From positions 14,598 to 78,597 of IMG/VR virus record IMGVR_UViG_3300028888_000107: DNA of 64,000 nucleotides. One strand, written 5' to 3'. Positions within the stretch are counted from its first letter, which is position 1, and each line of letters begins with the position of its first letter. The notes under the pieces are model-generated. The model had not been told where the DNA came from. It did no database searches and was given only the letters and a program-made list of their open reading frames with translations. Positions 47,029 to 55,811 of the stretch are shown piece after piece. Both the position numbers and the translations under genes were made by a program. This stretch comes from a virus. Its lineage: Duplodnaviria; Caudoviricetes.

Positions 47029-48297
47029 TTACAATCTAATTATATTGTCGCTTTTTGGTAAAACCGATTTTACATCGTACACAAAACCGTTTTCGCTTAA
47101 ATAATCGTTGTAGTTTATGTCAAGATAGTTTTCGTGCGGCACCGCCAAAACAACCACATCGTATTTTTTGTTTGGTATCTTTTCCACAACATCAACGCCA
47201 AGTTCATCTTTTGCAAATTGTTTGTTGCAATAGCCATCCACAACCGTTATGTTGTTGGTGTACTCGGATAGTTTGTTGTATATTTTAACAACTTTTGTGT
47301 TTCTTATATCAGGGCAGTTTTCCTTAAAAGTAACACCCATTACAAGTATGTTGGAACCTTTTACAAGAATGCCACGTTTGTTCATGTGGTGAATTATTTT
47401 GTTGGCTATGTAATCTGACATATCTTCGTTTACTTGCCTGCCGCTTTTTATAAGCACGGGATTTACCTTGTAATCCTCAGCCTTTTGTATTAAGTAGTAG
47501 GGGTCAACACCTATGCAATGCCCTCCAACCAACCCGGGTTGCAAGCGTATAAAGTTCCATTTTGTGGAAGCGGCATCAACAACCTCCTTTGTGTCAATCC
47601 CCATTGCGTTAAAAATCTTCGCAAGTTCGTTAAAAAAGGCAATATTGATATCCCTTTGGGTGTTTTCAATAATCTTGGATGCTTCGGCAACCTTAATTGA
47701 ACTTGCCCTAAATGTACCGTTAAGCAAAACCGAGTTGTAAAGTTCATCAACAATTAGGGATGTATTTTCGTTGGAACCGCTTGTTACCTTTTTTATTTTT
47801 TCAACCGTGTGTTCCTTGTCACCGGGGTTTATTCTTTCGGGGGAGTAACCAACAAAAAAGTCCTTGTTGTACTTTAACCCGCTTGCCTTTTCTATTTCAG
47901 GTACACAAACCTCTTCTGTGCAGCAAGGAAACGTGGTGCTTTCATATATGACAATATCGTTCTTTTTAACAACACTTCCCACAAGTTCGCTTGACTTAAT
48001 TAGTGGTGTTAAGTCGGGTTTGTACTTGTCATCAACGGGCGTTGGAACCGCCACAACATAAATGTTGCAATCCCTTATGTCTTCCTTGTTGGTTGTGCAT
48101 ACAAGCATCTTTGTGTTTATGGCTATTTCAAGAAGTTTGTTGTCAACTTCAAGTGTGGAATCAATTCCTTTGTTTAATTCTTCCACACGCTTTTCATTTA
48201 TGTCATACCCTATGACGTTGTACTTGGTTGAAAACAACCTTGCAAGTGGCAAGCCAACATAACCCAATCCTATTACTGCTATCTTGTGTTCTTTCAT
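47029..48297 (-). CDS. UDP-N-acetylhexosamine 6-dehydrogenase (TviB/WbpO/WecC-like)
   Basis: GLGYVGLP, AVPTP, YESTT, SPERINPG, KIIENTQRDINIA, GGHCIGVDP, TFKENCPDIRN. Confidence 0.92.
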   Translation of the reverse strand: MKEHKIAVIGLGYVGLPLARLFSTKYNVIGYDINEKRVEELNKGIDSTLEVDNKLLEIAINTKMLVCTTNKEDIRDCNIYVVAVPTPVDDKYKPDLTPLIKSSELVGSVVKKNDIVIYESTTFPCCTEEVCVPEIEKASGLKYNKDFFVGYSPERINPGDKEHTVEKIKKVTSGSNENTSLIVDELYNSVLLNGTFRASSIKVAEASKIIENTQRDINIAFFNELAKIFNAMGIDTKEVVDAASTKWNFIRLQPGLVGGHCIGVDPYYLIQKAEDYKVNPVLIKSGRQVNEDMSDYIANKIIHHMNKRGILVKGSNILVMGVTFKENCPDIRNTKVVKIYNKLSEYTNNITVVDGYCNKQFAKDELGVDVVEKIPNKKYDVVVLAVPHENYLDINYNDYLSENGFVYDVKSVLPKSDNIIRL

Positions 48298-48317
48298 CTG
48301 TTTTTGTGTTGTGTATT

Positions 48318-49034
48318 TTAATATAAGTTCCAATATTCGTACCAATTTAAATCCCTGCAATAAAGTTGCATTATAACATCCGTAAATGTTATGTCCTTGT
48401 ATGTTTCGGAAAATGAAACAAATTTATCTTCGTGAAATTCAAATTCATTGGTTTTCTTGTTTTTTATATAACCAGTTCTATTATCAAAATACCACACCTC
48501 TTTAAAGTAATATGTTAGGGGTGCTATGGATGGTATCATTTGCGAATCACCGCTAACCATTAGTTTTCTTTCGCTTTTGGTTGTGTGGTTAACAATTCTT
48601 GAACATTTGTGGTTGTACCTGTTAAGCAATCTGTACGATGGTGTTTCCATAAAGTTTTCATTAAACAACTTCATATATCCACCGCTTATGGTTTCGTTAT
48701 CGTTAAAACAAGTTATGGTGTATTCAGGTTCCTTGTTTGGAAAAAGATATGATAAATCTCCTGTTTCCAAAATTAAAGGAACCAAATGAAAATCGTTTTG
48801 GCTAAAGCCAAACCTTATAAGTTCATCCACAAGCGGCAACACATATTTATAGGTGTATTCGGTTGTGTAATGGTGTTCGTTACCGGGCATGTTTGAATAC
48901 AGCACATCTTTATCCTTAAAAATGGGAAGTTTGTGAATATCTCTCCCAGAATTATCATACTTGACGCCATACACTTTGTTACGATATGGAAAACAAATGT
49001 ATTTTGCCATTTTTAATATGTTTTCCCTTTCCAT
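48318..49034 (-). CDS. putative SGNH/DHHW (AlgX-like) O-acyltransferase
   Basis: NEHHY and KLMVSGDSQMIPSIAPL..YFKEV..FDNR; start coupled to upstream stop (TAATG). Confidence 0.45.
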   Translation of the reverse strand: MERENILKMAKYICFPYRNKVYGVKYDNSGRDIHKLPIFKDKDVLYSNMPGNEHHYTTEYTYKYVLPLVDELIRFGFSQNDFHLVPLILETGDLSYLFPNKEPEYTITCFNDNETISGGYMKLFNENFMETPSYRLLNRYNHKCSRIVNHTTKSERKLMVSGDSQMIPSIAPLTYYFKEVWYFDNRTGYIKNKKTNEFEFHEDKFVSFSETYKDITFTDVIMQLYCRDLNWYEYWNLY

Positions 49035-51499
49035 TAGAAACTTGTTATATTTATCATATCGCCCCAATACAAACTTGTTTCATAATCCCTGCATCCAAAA
49101 ATTCCACCGTTTGGGGTAAATGTTAGTTCACCAAGATACAATTTATCATTAACTATATAAAAGTCAACCCTTACAAAATCAAAATCTTTTGATAACTTTC
49201 TTGAATAGTCAAGCATTTCATCAAGATTCACTGGCTTTTTATCCAAGTTGTTAAAGTCTTGCCTTGCACAACTCCAACCTATATCAAAGGTGTTCCAATC
49301 GGTATCGTATATGTTTTCGTGCAAATTGTTTGAATACCTATCCGATATTACCATTATCATTTTTGGTTCGCCATTGCAGCACCAAACCTTGTAATCCACA
49401 AGCGATTCGTTTCCATCATCCATAAAAACTTCCGAATAGCATTTTGGTTCAATTAGTGCGTAATGCCATTGGTAATATTTATCCCCAAAGTTTGTGTCAA
49501 GCCAAGTGTTTAAAAAATCAACACAATCTTTTCTTGTGTTTATTTTTCGGTTTTTAATGTTTAAAAATTCATTGTTTTTGTTATCCGTGCAAATAATGTT
49601 CATGGCGTAACCGTGGTTACATTTTAAAACATATTTGTTTGGCAATTTATCGAAATTAATATCTTCTGGTTTGTTGTAAACATCAATTATGGGGACGCAA
49701 ATATCCTTTCCAAGTTTTTTGATGCTGTAATCGTGCAACAATATTTTATCGGCACATTTAGCCTTTAGCATTTTGTTTTTGTCATACACCATTAGCCAAT
49801 GCAACTTATCTTGAACCGTTTTGGGGTTTTCAAAATCTATTTGTAAGTTGAAACGGCTTTTGCTTGCCCTGTTTTTTAAAAAGTCTTCAATGTCCTTATC
49901 GGTTGCGTTTTTTAGGTTTGTTATGTTTTTACATATACCATCATCCTTTTTTATTTCGGTAAAGTCGTTTACAACAAAATCGGAAATGCGGTTTGCATAA
50001 ACCGAGTAATCGGTTTTTTTCACCATTTTAACAGTGTTTTTTCTTAACTCGCTATCAAAGTTTGTTTTTTTATCTTGGGTAAGAGAATTTTCGTGTATTC
50101 TTCTATCAAACAATATTCGTTGGTCTTCATATAGTTTGCAATCGGTGTATCTTATTCTTCGCATAAAGTCGGCATCTCCACCGCAACGCCAATCCCTGTA
50201 TCCACCAAGTTCGCAAAACACGCTTTTTTCAAACAAAACCACACCATAACTCATTCCATAGGGTTTTTCTATCTTGCAATTTCCAAAGTTTTCAAACCCA
50301 AACCTTATAAAATTGTATTGCGTTGCATTCTCCATAATGCTTGATATGGTGTAAGGTCTCATTTTGTCATCGCTATCAAACCTTAAAATCCAATCATACT
50401 TGGCTTCCTTTATAATGGTGTTGCTCGTAACATAAGTTCCCTTGTTGCTATCCATCATTAAAACACGCAAGTTTTTGTACTTGTGCATTATTTCCTTCAT
50501 TTTCAAAAGAGTTCTTTCACAACCATCAATACCTACAATAACTTCCCAATTGTTGTGTGTTTTAAACCAAGTTTGTTCGGCAACACTATCAAGACACTCC
50601 TCAATAAAGTCTTGCGATTTGTATGCAGTTATGCAAACACTAATTCCTTCTGTTGGCTTTTCGTTTACTACAGCCACCTTGCTTTCTTCAAACTTAACTT
50701 TTTCAACTTTTCCCGCAAACAAATCGGTTAAATACCTTTCTTTTTCTTCGGTTCTTTTGTTGTACTTAAAAAAGTGTTCAATGCTTAACCTATCATTTCC
50801 TATACCACCTCCTCTTCTTTTCTTTTTTATCATATAGTACTCATCCGCACTTTTGGTTGCGTAATGAGCAATATACGCCTTGCTGTGGTTATATGTATCC
50901 GAGGTTACAAAAGTTGAATACGTTGCGTATTTTCCATCGCAATCAACAACATCACCCCTAATGTTAGAATAGTGTACGTTTATTGCCTTAAACCCCGTTA
51001 ACTTTGTTTTGTAAAAATGCTTTTTGTAATAAGATAAAGTTTCATCTTCACACACTCTTGTAAACCTTTCCCTTACCGGCAAGCATTCGTAATGAAGGTT
51101 GTCATTATCGTCATAGCATTTCCAATTTAGCCTTACGCTTTTTGTGCTTGGCTTGGTTATATCCTTTATATATCCACAAACATTTTCATAGCCGTTTAAT
51201 ACCAAAAATTCATCAACGTCCAAGTAAAGAACCCAATCATATTTACCGCCAAACCTTTGGTAAAAATCATTGTATGACGCAATTTGTGTTTCACACCCCT
51301 TTTGCTTTTTTCCTATAAAATATTTTAAAACGGTAACATTTGGGTTTTCTTTTCCAACAACGTCTTCACACTTTTCACCATCCGTATCGTTGTTATCATA
51401 TATGTATATGTGGTCAAAACCAAGATTTAAGTGATGGTTAATCCATTCGGATAGGTAAAGGTTTTCACATTTGGCAATACAACAAAGGGCAATCTTCAT
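49034..51499 (-). CDS. tri-domain GT-A glycosyltransferase (GT92/GT2-like) + GT2 + TupA-like ATP-grasp
   Basis: EWINHHLNLGFDHIYIYDN..YLDVDEF; ISVCITAY...VGIDG...RFDSDD; KYVLKCNHGY...FVRVDFY...LGELTFTP. Confidence 0.85.
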   Translation of the reverse strand: MKIALCCIAKCENLYLSEWINHHLNLGFDHIYIYDNNDTDGEKCEDVVGKENPNVTVLKYFIGKKQKGCETQIASYNDFYQRFGGKYDWVLYLDVDEFLVLNGYENVCGYIKDITKPSTKSVRLNWKCYDDNDNLHYECLPVRERFTRVCEDETLSYYKKHFYKTKLTGFKAINVHYSNIRGDVVDCDGKYATYSTFVTSDTYNHSKAYIAHYATKSADEYYMIKKKRRGGGIGNDRLSIEHFFKYNKRTEEKERYLTDLFAGKVEKVKFEESKVAVVNEKPTEGISVCITAYKSQDFIEECLDSVAEQTWFKTHNNWEVIVGIDGCERTLLKMKEIMHKYKNLRVLMMDSNKGTYVTSNTIIKEAKYDWILRFDSDDKMRPYTISSIMENATQYNFIRFGFENFGNCKIEKPYGMSYGVVLFEKSVFCELGGYRDWRCGGDADFMRRIRYTDCKLYEDQRILFDRRIHENSLTQDKKTNFDSELRKNTVKMVKKTDYSVYANRISDFVVNDFTEIKKDDGICKNITNLKNATDKDIEDFLKNRASKSRFNLQIDFENPKTVQDKLHWLMVYDKNKMLKAKCADKILLHDYSIKKLGKDICVPIIDVYNKPEDINFDKLPNKYVLKCNHGYAMNIICTDNKNNEFLNIKNRKINTRKDCVDFLNTWLDTNFGDKYYQWHYALIEPKCYSEVFMDDGNESLVDYKVWCCNGEPKMIMVISDRYSNNLHENIYDTDWNTFDIGWSCARQDFNNLDKKPVNLDEMLDYSRKLSKDFDFVRVDFYIVNDKLYLGELTFTPNGGIFGCRDYETSLYWGDMINITSF

Positions 51500-51517
51500 A
51501 CAATTTTCTTTTTGTTT

Positions 51518-51529
51518 TATTTATAAATA
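51518..51529. promoter_or_regulatory. palindromic late promoter TATTTATAAATA upstream of glycan operon
   Basis: TATAAATA on both strands; 19 nt upstream of ATG 51499. Confidence 0.75.
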
Positions 51530-51604
51530 CATTGTGTTAAAAATCCCTATAAAAACTATGAAATTTTTAAGTTTGTATTAAAAATTATAAACACAATGAA
51601 TAAC

Positions 51605-51637
51605 AAAAAAGCGCAGCCCAAAGGGTTGCACTTTTTT
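51605..51637 (-). terminator. probable intrinsic terminator
   Basis: Imperfect GTGCAACCC-ttt-GGGCTGCGC stem with T6 tail. Confidence 0.6.
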
Positions 51638-51665
51638 AACAATAAAATCAGTATGTACAGAATTA

Positions 51666-52277
51666 CTAAACGTTTTCTGGGTTAACTTCGTTTTCAATTT
51701 CCTCCAAGTTTTTCTCTTCTTCCTTGGTAACAAGTTTGGTTTCCTCTTCGGGCATATCATCTTCAAATTCACCCGAATCCAAAATGTTATCAATTTCAGC
51801 CAAACGGGTGTGTAACTCGTTAAGGGGTGTAATGTTTTCGTTTATTGTCTTGATATTTTTGGAAATTTCTGGTCCAACCAATTGCACAAGTCCAAGAAAA
51901 GAGGTTGCTTCAAACACACCCTTGCCTTCCCAATTCATAAAACCGTTCCACAACGCCTTGCAACTGGTGGTGTTCATCATAATGTGACCATTCCAATCAT
52001 CTTTTTTTGTGTAAGGTTTTTGTTGTTTTAGGTTACTGTGAAGCATAAGGACGTTTGCCGCACTTGAATTGTCAACTTTAATTTCCTTTTCAACAAACTT
52101 GCAAAGTTTATCAAATTGGGATTTGTTGACAACATTAACGGAAAATTCCTTATTAAGAAGTTCTTCAATACCCTTGTTGTATTGTTCGTACAACCTTTTT
52201 TGTTCATCAACAAGTTCGCTTTTTTTTGGCAAAACTTGTTTGCTTTCGGTTTCTTTTAATTTTTTGTTATCTTCCAT
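51666..52277 (-). CDS. hypothetical helical protein
   Basis: 203-aa ORF, acidic C-tail. Confidence 0.7.
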   Translation of the reverse strand: MEDNKKLKETESKQVLPKKSELVDEQKRLYEQYNKGIEELLNKEFSVNVVNKSQFDKLCKFVEKEIKVDNSSAANVLMLHSNLKQQKPYTKKDDWNGHIMMNTTSCKALWNGFMNWEGKGVFEATSFLGLVQLVGPEISKNIKTINENITPLNELHTRLAEIDNILDSGEFEDDMPEEETKLVTKEEEKNLEEIENEVNPENV

Positions 52278-52288
52278 TTTAAAAAGTT

Positions 52289-52633
52289 TTAATATTCAAA
52301 AATAGCATCTTCGAAATTATCTTTAATCTTTTGAAGTTCTTCGAAATCCTTTTGGCTGTTTTTACCATAGGTTTCGTTACAACATTTTTGCAAAGCATTG
52401 GCAAGATTTAACACGTTTTTGGTTTTTGTATCACACTCACCGTCACCTATTGCCGTAAAGCATTCAAAGGCGTCATCCAATCCAAGCAAAAGAACCCTTT
52501 TGTCTTCTTTAAGTTCAATGTTGGGTTTAACCAAATTATCATCTTTCATAAACATATCGGTTTCTTGAATGGATGTTATAAGGTTAAGTATGGTGTTGCC
52601 CAATGATTTAAGTCTGTCAATGTTGGCTTTCAT
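52289..52633 (-). CDS. hypothetical protein
   Basis: 114-aa ORF. Confidence 0.65.
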   Translation of the reverse strand: MKANIDRLKSLGNTILNLITSIQETDMFMKDDNLVKPNIELKEDKRVLLLGLDDAFECFTAIGDGECDTKTKNVLNLANALQKCCNETYGKNSQKDFEELQKIKDNFEDAIFEY

Positions 52634-52678
52634 AATACATAGTGTTAAAGGGGGAGCTATACAACTCCCCCAAATGGA

Positions 52679-53620
52679 TTACAAATCAATATCATCAAGG
52701 TTAAAGAAGTCTTCGGACCCACCGCTCGGCTTGCTTGGTGCAAACACTTCATCTTCCTCTTCCTCAACAACCTCAACCTTTGCCTTTTTGGTTTCCTTTT
52801 TGGAGGTTGCGTTGTTGCCACCCTTTAAAATCGCTTCAATGGGTTTTTCATCGGAAATGTCTTCTTTTTCACCTGTGTAGGTTCTTAAGCATCTGTTTAC
52901 CCTTTCGGTCATCTCGGCATCCCATTCTTTGTAATCGTAAACGGTAATGTCGGGTGAATTGTTGTCAAGGTATTCAACAATTTTCTTTTTGCCCGCATTG
53001 TCAACAGTTACCTTTTCGCCATCAATGGTCATTGGGGACACATTGCCAAATTTGGAACTGTCATAGTTGTTAAAACCGCCAACCCTTTTAAGTTTAAGGT
53101 TGAAGTTTTTGCCGTTAAACGGGTCAAACACATTGCAAGGTTCATCGCTATTGCTTTCTTCGTCAATCATTTCCTTGATTTTTTTGCCATAGCGAAACAC
53201 CTTAATTTGTCCAACAAGTTCAGGGTGTTGTGGGTCTTTTACAATCTCCACAAGGGAATAGTTGTAGTAGTTTCTATTGAAGTTTTCGGCAAGTTTGTTG
53301 TCCACCGCATTCTTGGAATTTTTAAGTTTCCAATACATTTGGGAAATTGGGGATTTTTCGCCAATGGTTTGGGGGTCGTCCACGTAGAAGCCATTTTCAT
53401 CGTTGGCGTCCTTTAAGTAGTAAACGTACTTACTAATTGTGGAAAGTTTAATGTCCTTAATGTAGGGCAAAAACCTTAATGTTGCCGTGTAAACACCATC
53501 GGGGGCGTCATCTACGCTTGGTTGGTAAAGGTTTTCATCAACCGTTTTTGTTTTTGCGACATCCTTTGTGATTTCTTTCACATCTGTCGGCATGTTGAAA
53601 ATGTCATTTAAATTACTCAT
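52679..53620 (-). CDS. gp32: single-stranded DNA-binding protein (T4 gp32-like)
   Basis: TLRFLP, IGEKSPI, IVKDPQHPELVGQIKVFRYGKKI, FDPFNGKNFNLK...GFNNYDSSKF, acidic tail. Confidence 0.92.
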   Translation of the reverse strand: MSNLNDIFNMPTDVKEITKDVAKTKTVDENLYQPSVDDAPDGVYTATLRFLPYIKDIKLSTISKYVYYLKDANDENGFYVDDPQTIGEKSPISQMYWKLKNSKNAVDNKLAENFNRNYYNYSLVEIVKDPQHPELVGQIKVFRYGKKIKEMIDEESNSDEPCNVFDPFNGKNFNLKLKRVGGFNNYDSSKFGNVSPMTIDGEKVTVDNAGKKKIVEYLDNNSPDITVYDYKEWDAEMTERVNRCLRTYTGEKEDISDEKPIEAILKGGNNATSKKETKKAKVEVVEEEEDEVFAPSKPSGGSEDFFNLDDIDL

Positions 53621-53739
53621 AAGACTTAAAATTTATTAAATATGTTAAAAAAGTTAAACGATTAAAATAATTCAAAGAACCACTTTAATCCTTTTACAAT
53701 ATAATATAATAAAAAAATTCAAAAAGTTTAGGTTCCATA

Positions 53740-53751
53740 TATTTATAAATA
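53740..53751. promoter_or_regulatory. palindromic late promoter TATTTATAAATA between gp32 and portal
   Basis: TATAAATA on both strands in a divergent intergenic region. Confidence 0.75.
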
Positions 53752-53783
53752 CATAAAATCAATTTTCTTTAAAGAAACTTATC

Positions 53784-55475
53784 ATGGCAGGTTATATAAA
53801 AACAAGAAAAGACCCAAGGACTGGAAACCAAAGAAACATTGTTTCAAAGACATTAAGAAATTTGTCCAATCTTGGAATGAACTTTGATAACAAAATATTC
53901 AAAAACTCGCACGCCATAGGTTTGTACGAGATAGACCCAATGCAGAAAAACACTAACAAATTCGTGTACGAAGATAGTGTTTACGACATCTTTAACGGGT
54001 TTAGTTTTACCGATTCATCAATGCACAAAAACATATCCCTTTACGATAGGGTGTATGATGAGGGAAAACGAATGGCTTTACGAAGATTGGCGGTGCAAGA
54101 TGAAATAGAAGAAATACTTGACATAGTTTGCGATGAGTGCATTTGCTACAACCAAAACGGTTTGTTTAGCGAACTTTTGTACAACCCAATGCTTATAGAT
54201 GAGAAAAAGAAAGAGGAAATGAACAATGTGTTTAACGACATATACGCATACTTCGGCTTTTACGACCAAAACATGGCTTGGGGTTACTTTAGGAAATTCC
54301 TTGTGGATGGGTTCCTTGCCTTTGAAATACTTTACAACACGGATGGCAACGAAGACGTTGGCAAGCAAAAGCACATAATAGGTTTCCAAGAATTGGATAC
54401 CCTATCTCTAATCCCCGCAATAGATGAAAAAACGGGTGAAAAGATTTGGATACAATACAAGGATGACCCAGTAAGACAAAGGGTGCTTTACGATTCCCAA
54501 ATCATTTACATAAGTTATTCACAATTTGATAGTGCAACAAGAATTTCCTATGTGGAAAGGCTAACAAGGGCGTTTAACCTTTTGAGGATTATGGAAAGCA
54601 CAAGAATTATTTGGGCGGTTTCCAATGCAAGTTTTAAAACAATGTTCACCATACCGGTTGAAAACAACAGCAACAGGGGAAGGCAAACATTGGCTGAAAC
54701 AATGCACAGTTATCGTGAAATTGTTGACTTTAACTGGGAAAGCGGTGAAATTATGACAAACGGAAAACCAATGATGCCCTTTAACAAAGAATATTGGTTT
54801 CCAAATGTAAACGGTGAAAGCCCGCAAGTAAGCACACTTGGCGGTGACGGGCCAGATTTGGCTGATACCGAAGCCCTTAAATACTTCAAAATGAAACTTT
54901 GGCAAGCCAGTAAGGTTCCTTTTTCAAGGTTTGATGTTGACCAAGGCAGGGGACAATATGCAATGACAACCGAATCAATGCAAAGGGAAGAAGTAAAATT
55001 TGCCAACTTTATAAACAGGTTAAGGTCAATATTTAAGGAAATCCTTATAAAACCCATTTACATACAATTGTGCTTGTTGCACCAAGAATATGTAAACGAT
55101 ACCAACTTTAGAAACACGCTCGCATTAAAGTATGTTAATGATAACGTGTTTACCGAAAAGCGTGAAATAGAACTTATCCAACAAAAGGCTGATTTTATTG
55201 GCAGCATTATGCAAACCTTTGTAACACAAGATTCCGAAGGCAACGAACAACCCTATTGGGATTTGGATTATCTAATAAGAAGGTTTGGCGGTTTTACGAA
55301 TGAAGACCTTGAAAACAACGCAAGGATACAAGAAATAAAAAAACTTGTTAAGGAAGGCTACAAAGAAAAAGATGCCGAAAAAATAGCGGATGGCGAAGAC
55401 CCCTCCAAATTTAAAAAAGAGAAAAAGGAAGAAGAAGGCGAAGAGGAAGAAGGCGGTGACAACTTAACACTTTAG
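53784..55475 (+). CDS. gp20: portal protein (T4 gp20-like)
   Basis: EIEEILDIVCDE, FRKFLVDG, SYVERL...NLLRIME...IW, KEYWFP..NG...VSTL.G, YFKMKLWQASKVPFSR, REEVKFANFINRLR. Confidence 0.95.
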   Translation: MAGYIKTRKDPRTGNQRNIVSKTLRNLSNLGMNFDNKIFKNSHAIGLYEIDPMQKNTNKFVYEDSVYDIFNGFSFTDSSMHKNISLYDRVYDEGKRMALRRLAVQDEIEEILDIVCDECICYNQNGLFSELLYNPMLIDEKKKEEMNNVFNDIYAYFGFYDQNMAWGYFRKFLVDGFLAFEILYNTDGNEDVGKQKHIIGFQELDTLSLIPAIDEKTGEKIWIQYKDDPVRQRVLYDSQIIYISYSQFDSATRISYVERLTRAFNLLRIMESTRIIWAVSNASFKTMFTIPVENNSNRGRQTLAETMHSYREIVDFNWESGEIMTNGKPMMPFNKEYWFPNVNGESPQVSTLGGDGPDLADTEALKYFKMKLWQASKVPFSRFDVDQGRGQYAMTTESMQREEVKFANFINRLRSIFKEILIKPIYIQLCLLHQEYVNDTNFRNTLALKYVNDNVFTEKREIELIQQKADFIGSIMQTFVTQDSEGNEQPYWDLDYLIRRFGGFTNEDLENNARIQEIKKLVKEGYKEKDAEKIADGEDPSKFKKEKKEEEGEEEEGGDNLTL

Positions 55476-55490
55476 AATATATATAAAACA

Positions 55491-55802
55491 ATGAACAGAA
55501 TAAAAAGATTTGACGATTTTGTAAACGAAAGCCTGTACCCTATGAATGTTGTTGACAACATTTTTAAGGAAAACGGGTACAATGTTTCTGGTTATTGGTC
55601 ACACAGTGATGATGAAAACCTTGATTGGAAAGAATATACCAAAAAAACAAGCGAAACCCAAAAATATGTTGATTTGACAAAGTTTAGAATAGCAATAAGC
55701 GCAAAAGGCAAACTTACATGTTGGGATATGCAAAGGGATAAGGAATCAAACTATGTTGAAATTTCTGTTCCTGAATTGAAAGAACTTTTGAAACAATATT
55801 AA
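55491..55802 (+). CDS. hypothetical protein with capsid-targeting-like leader
   Basis: MNRIKRFDDFVNES. Confidence 0.7.
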   Translation: MNRIKRFDDFVNESLYPMNVVDNIFKENGYNVSGYWSHSDDENLDWKEYTKKTSETQKYVDLTKFRIAISAKGKLTCWDMQRDKESNYVEISVPELKELLKQY

Positions 55803-55811
55803 TAACACACA

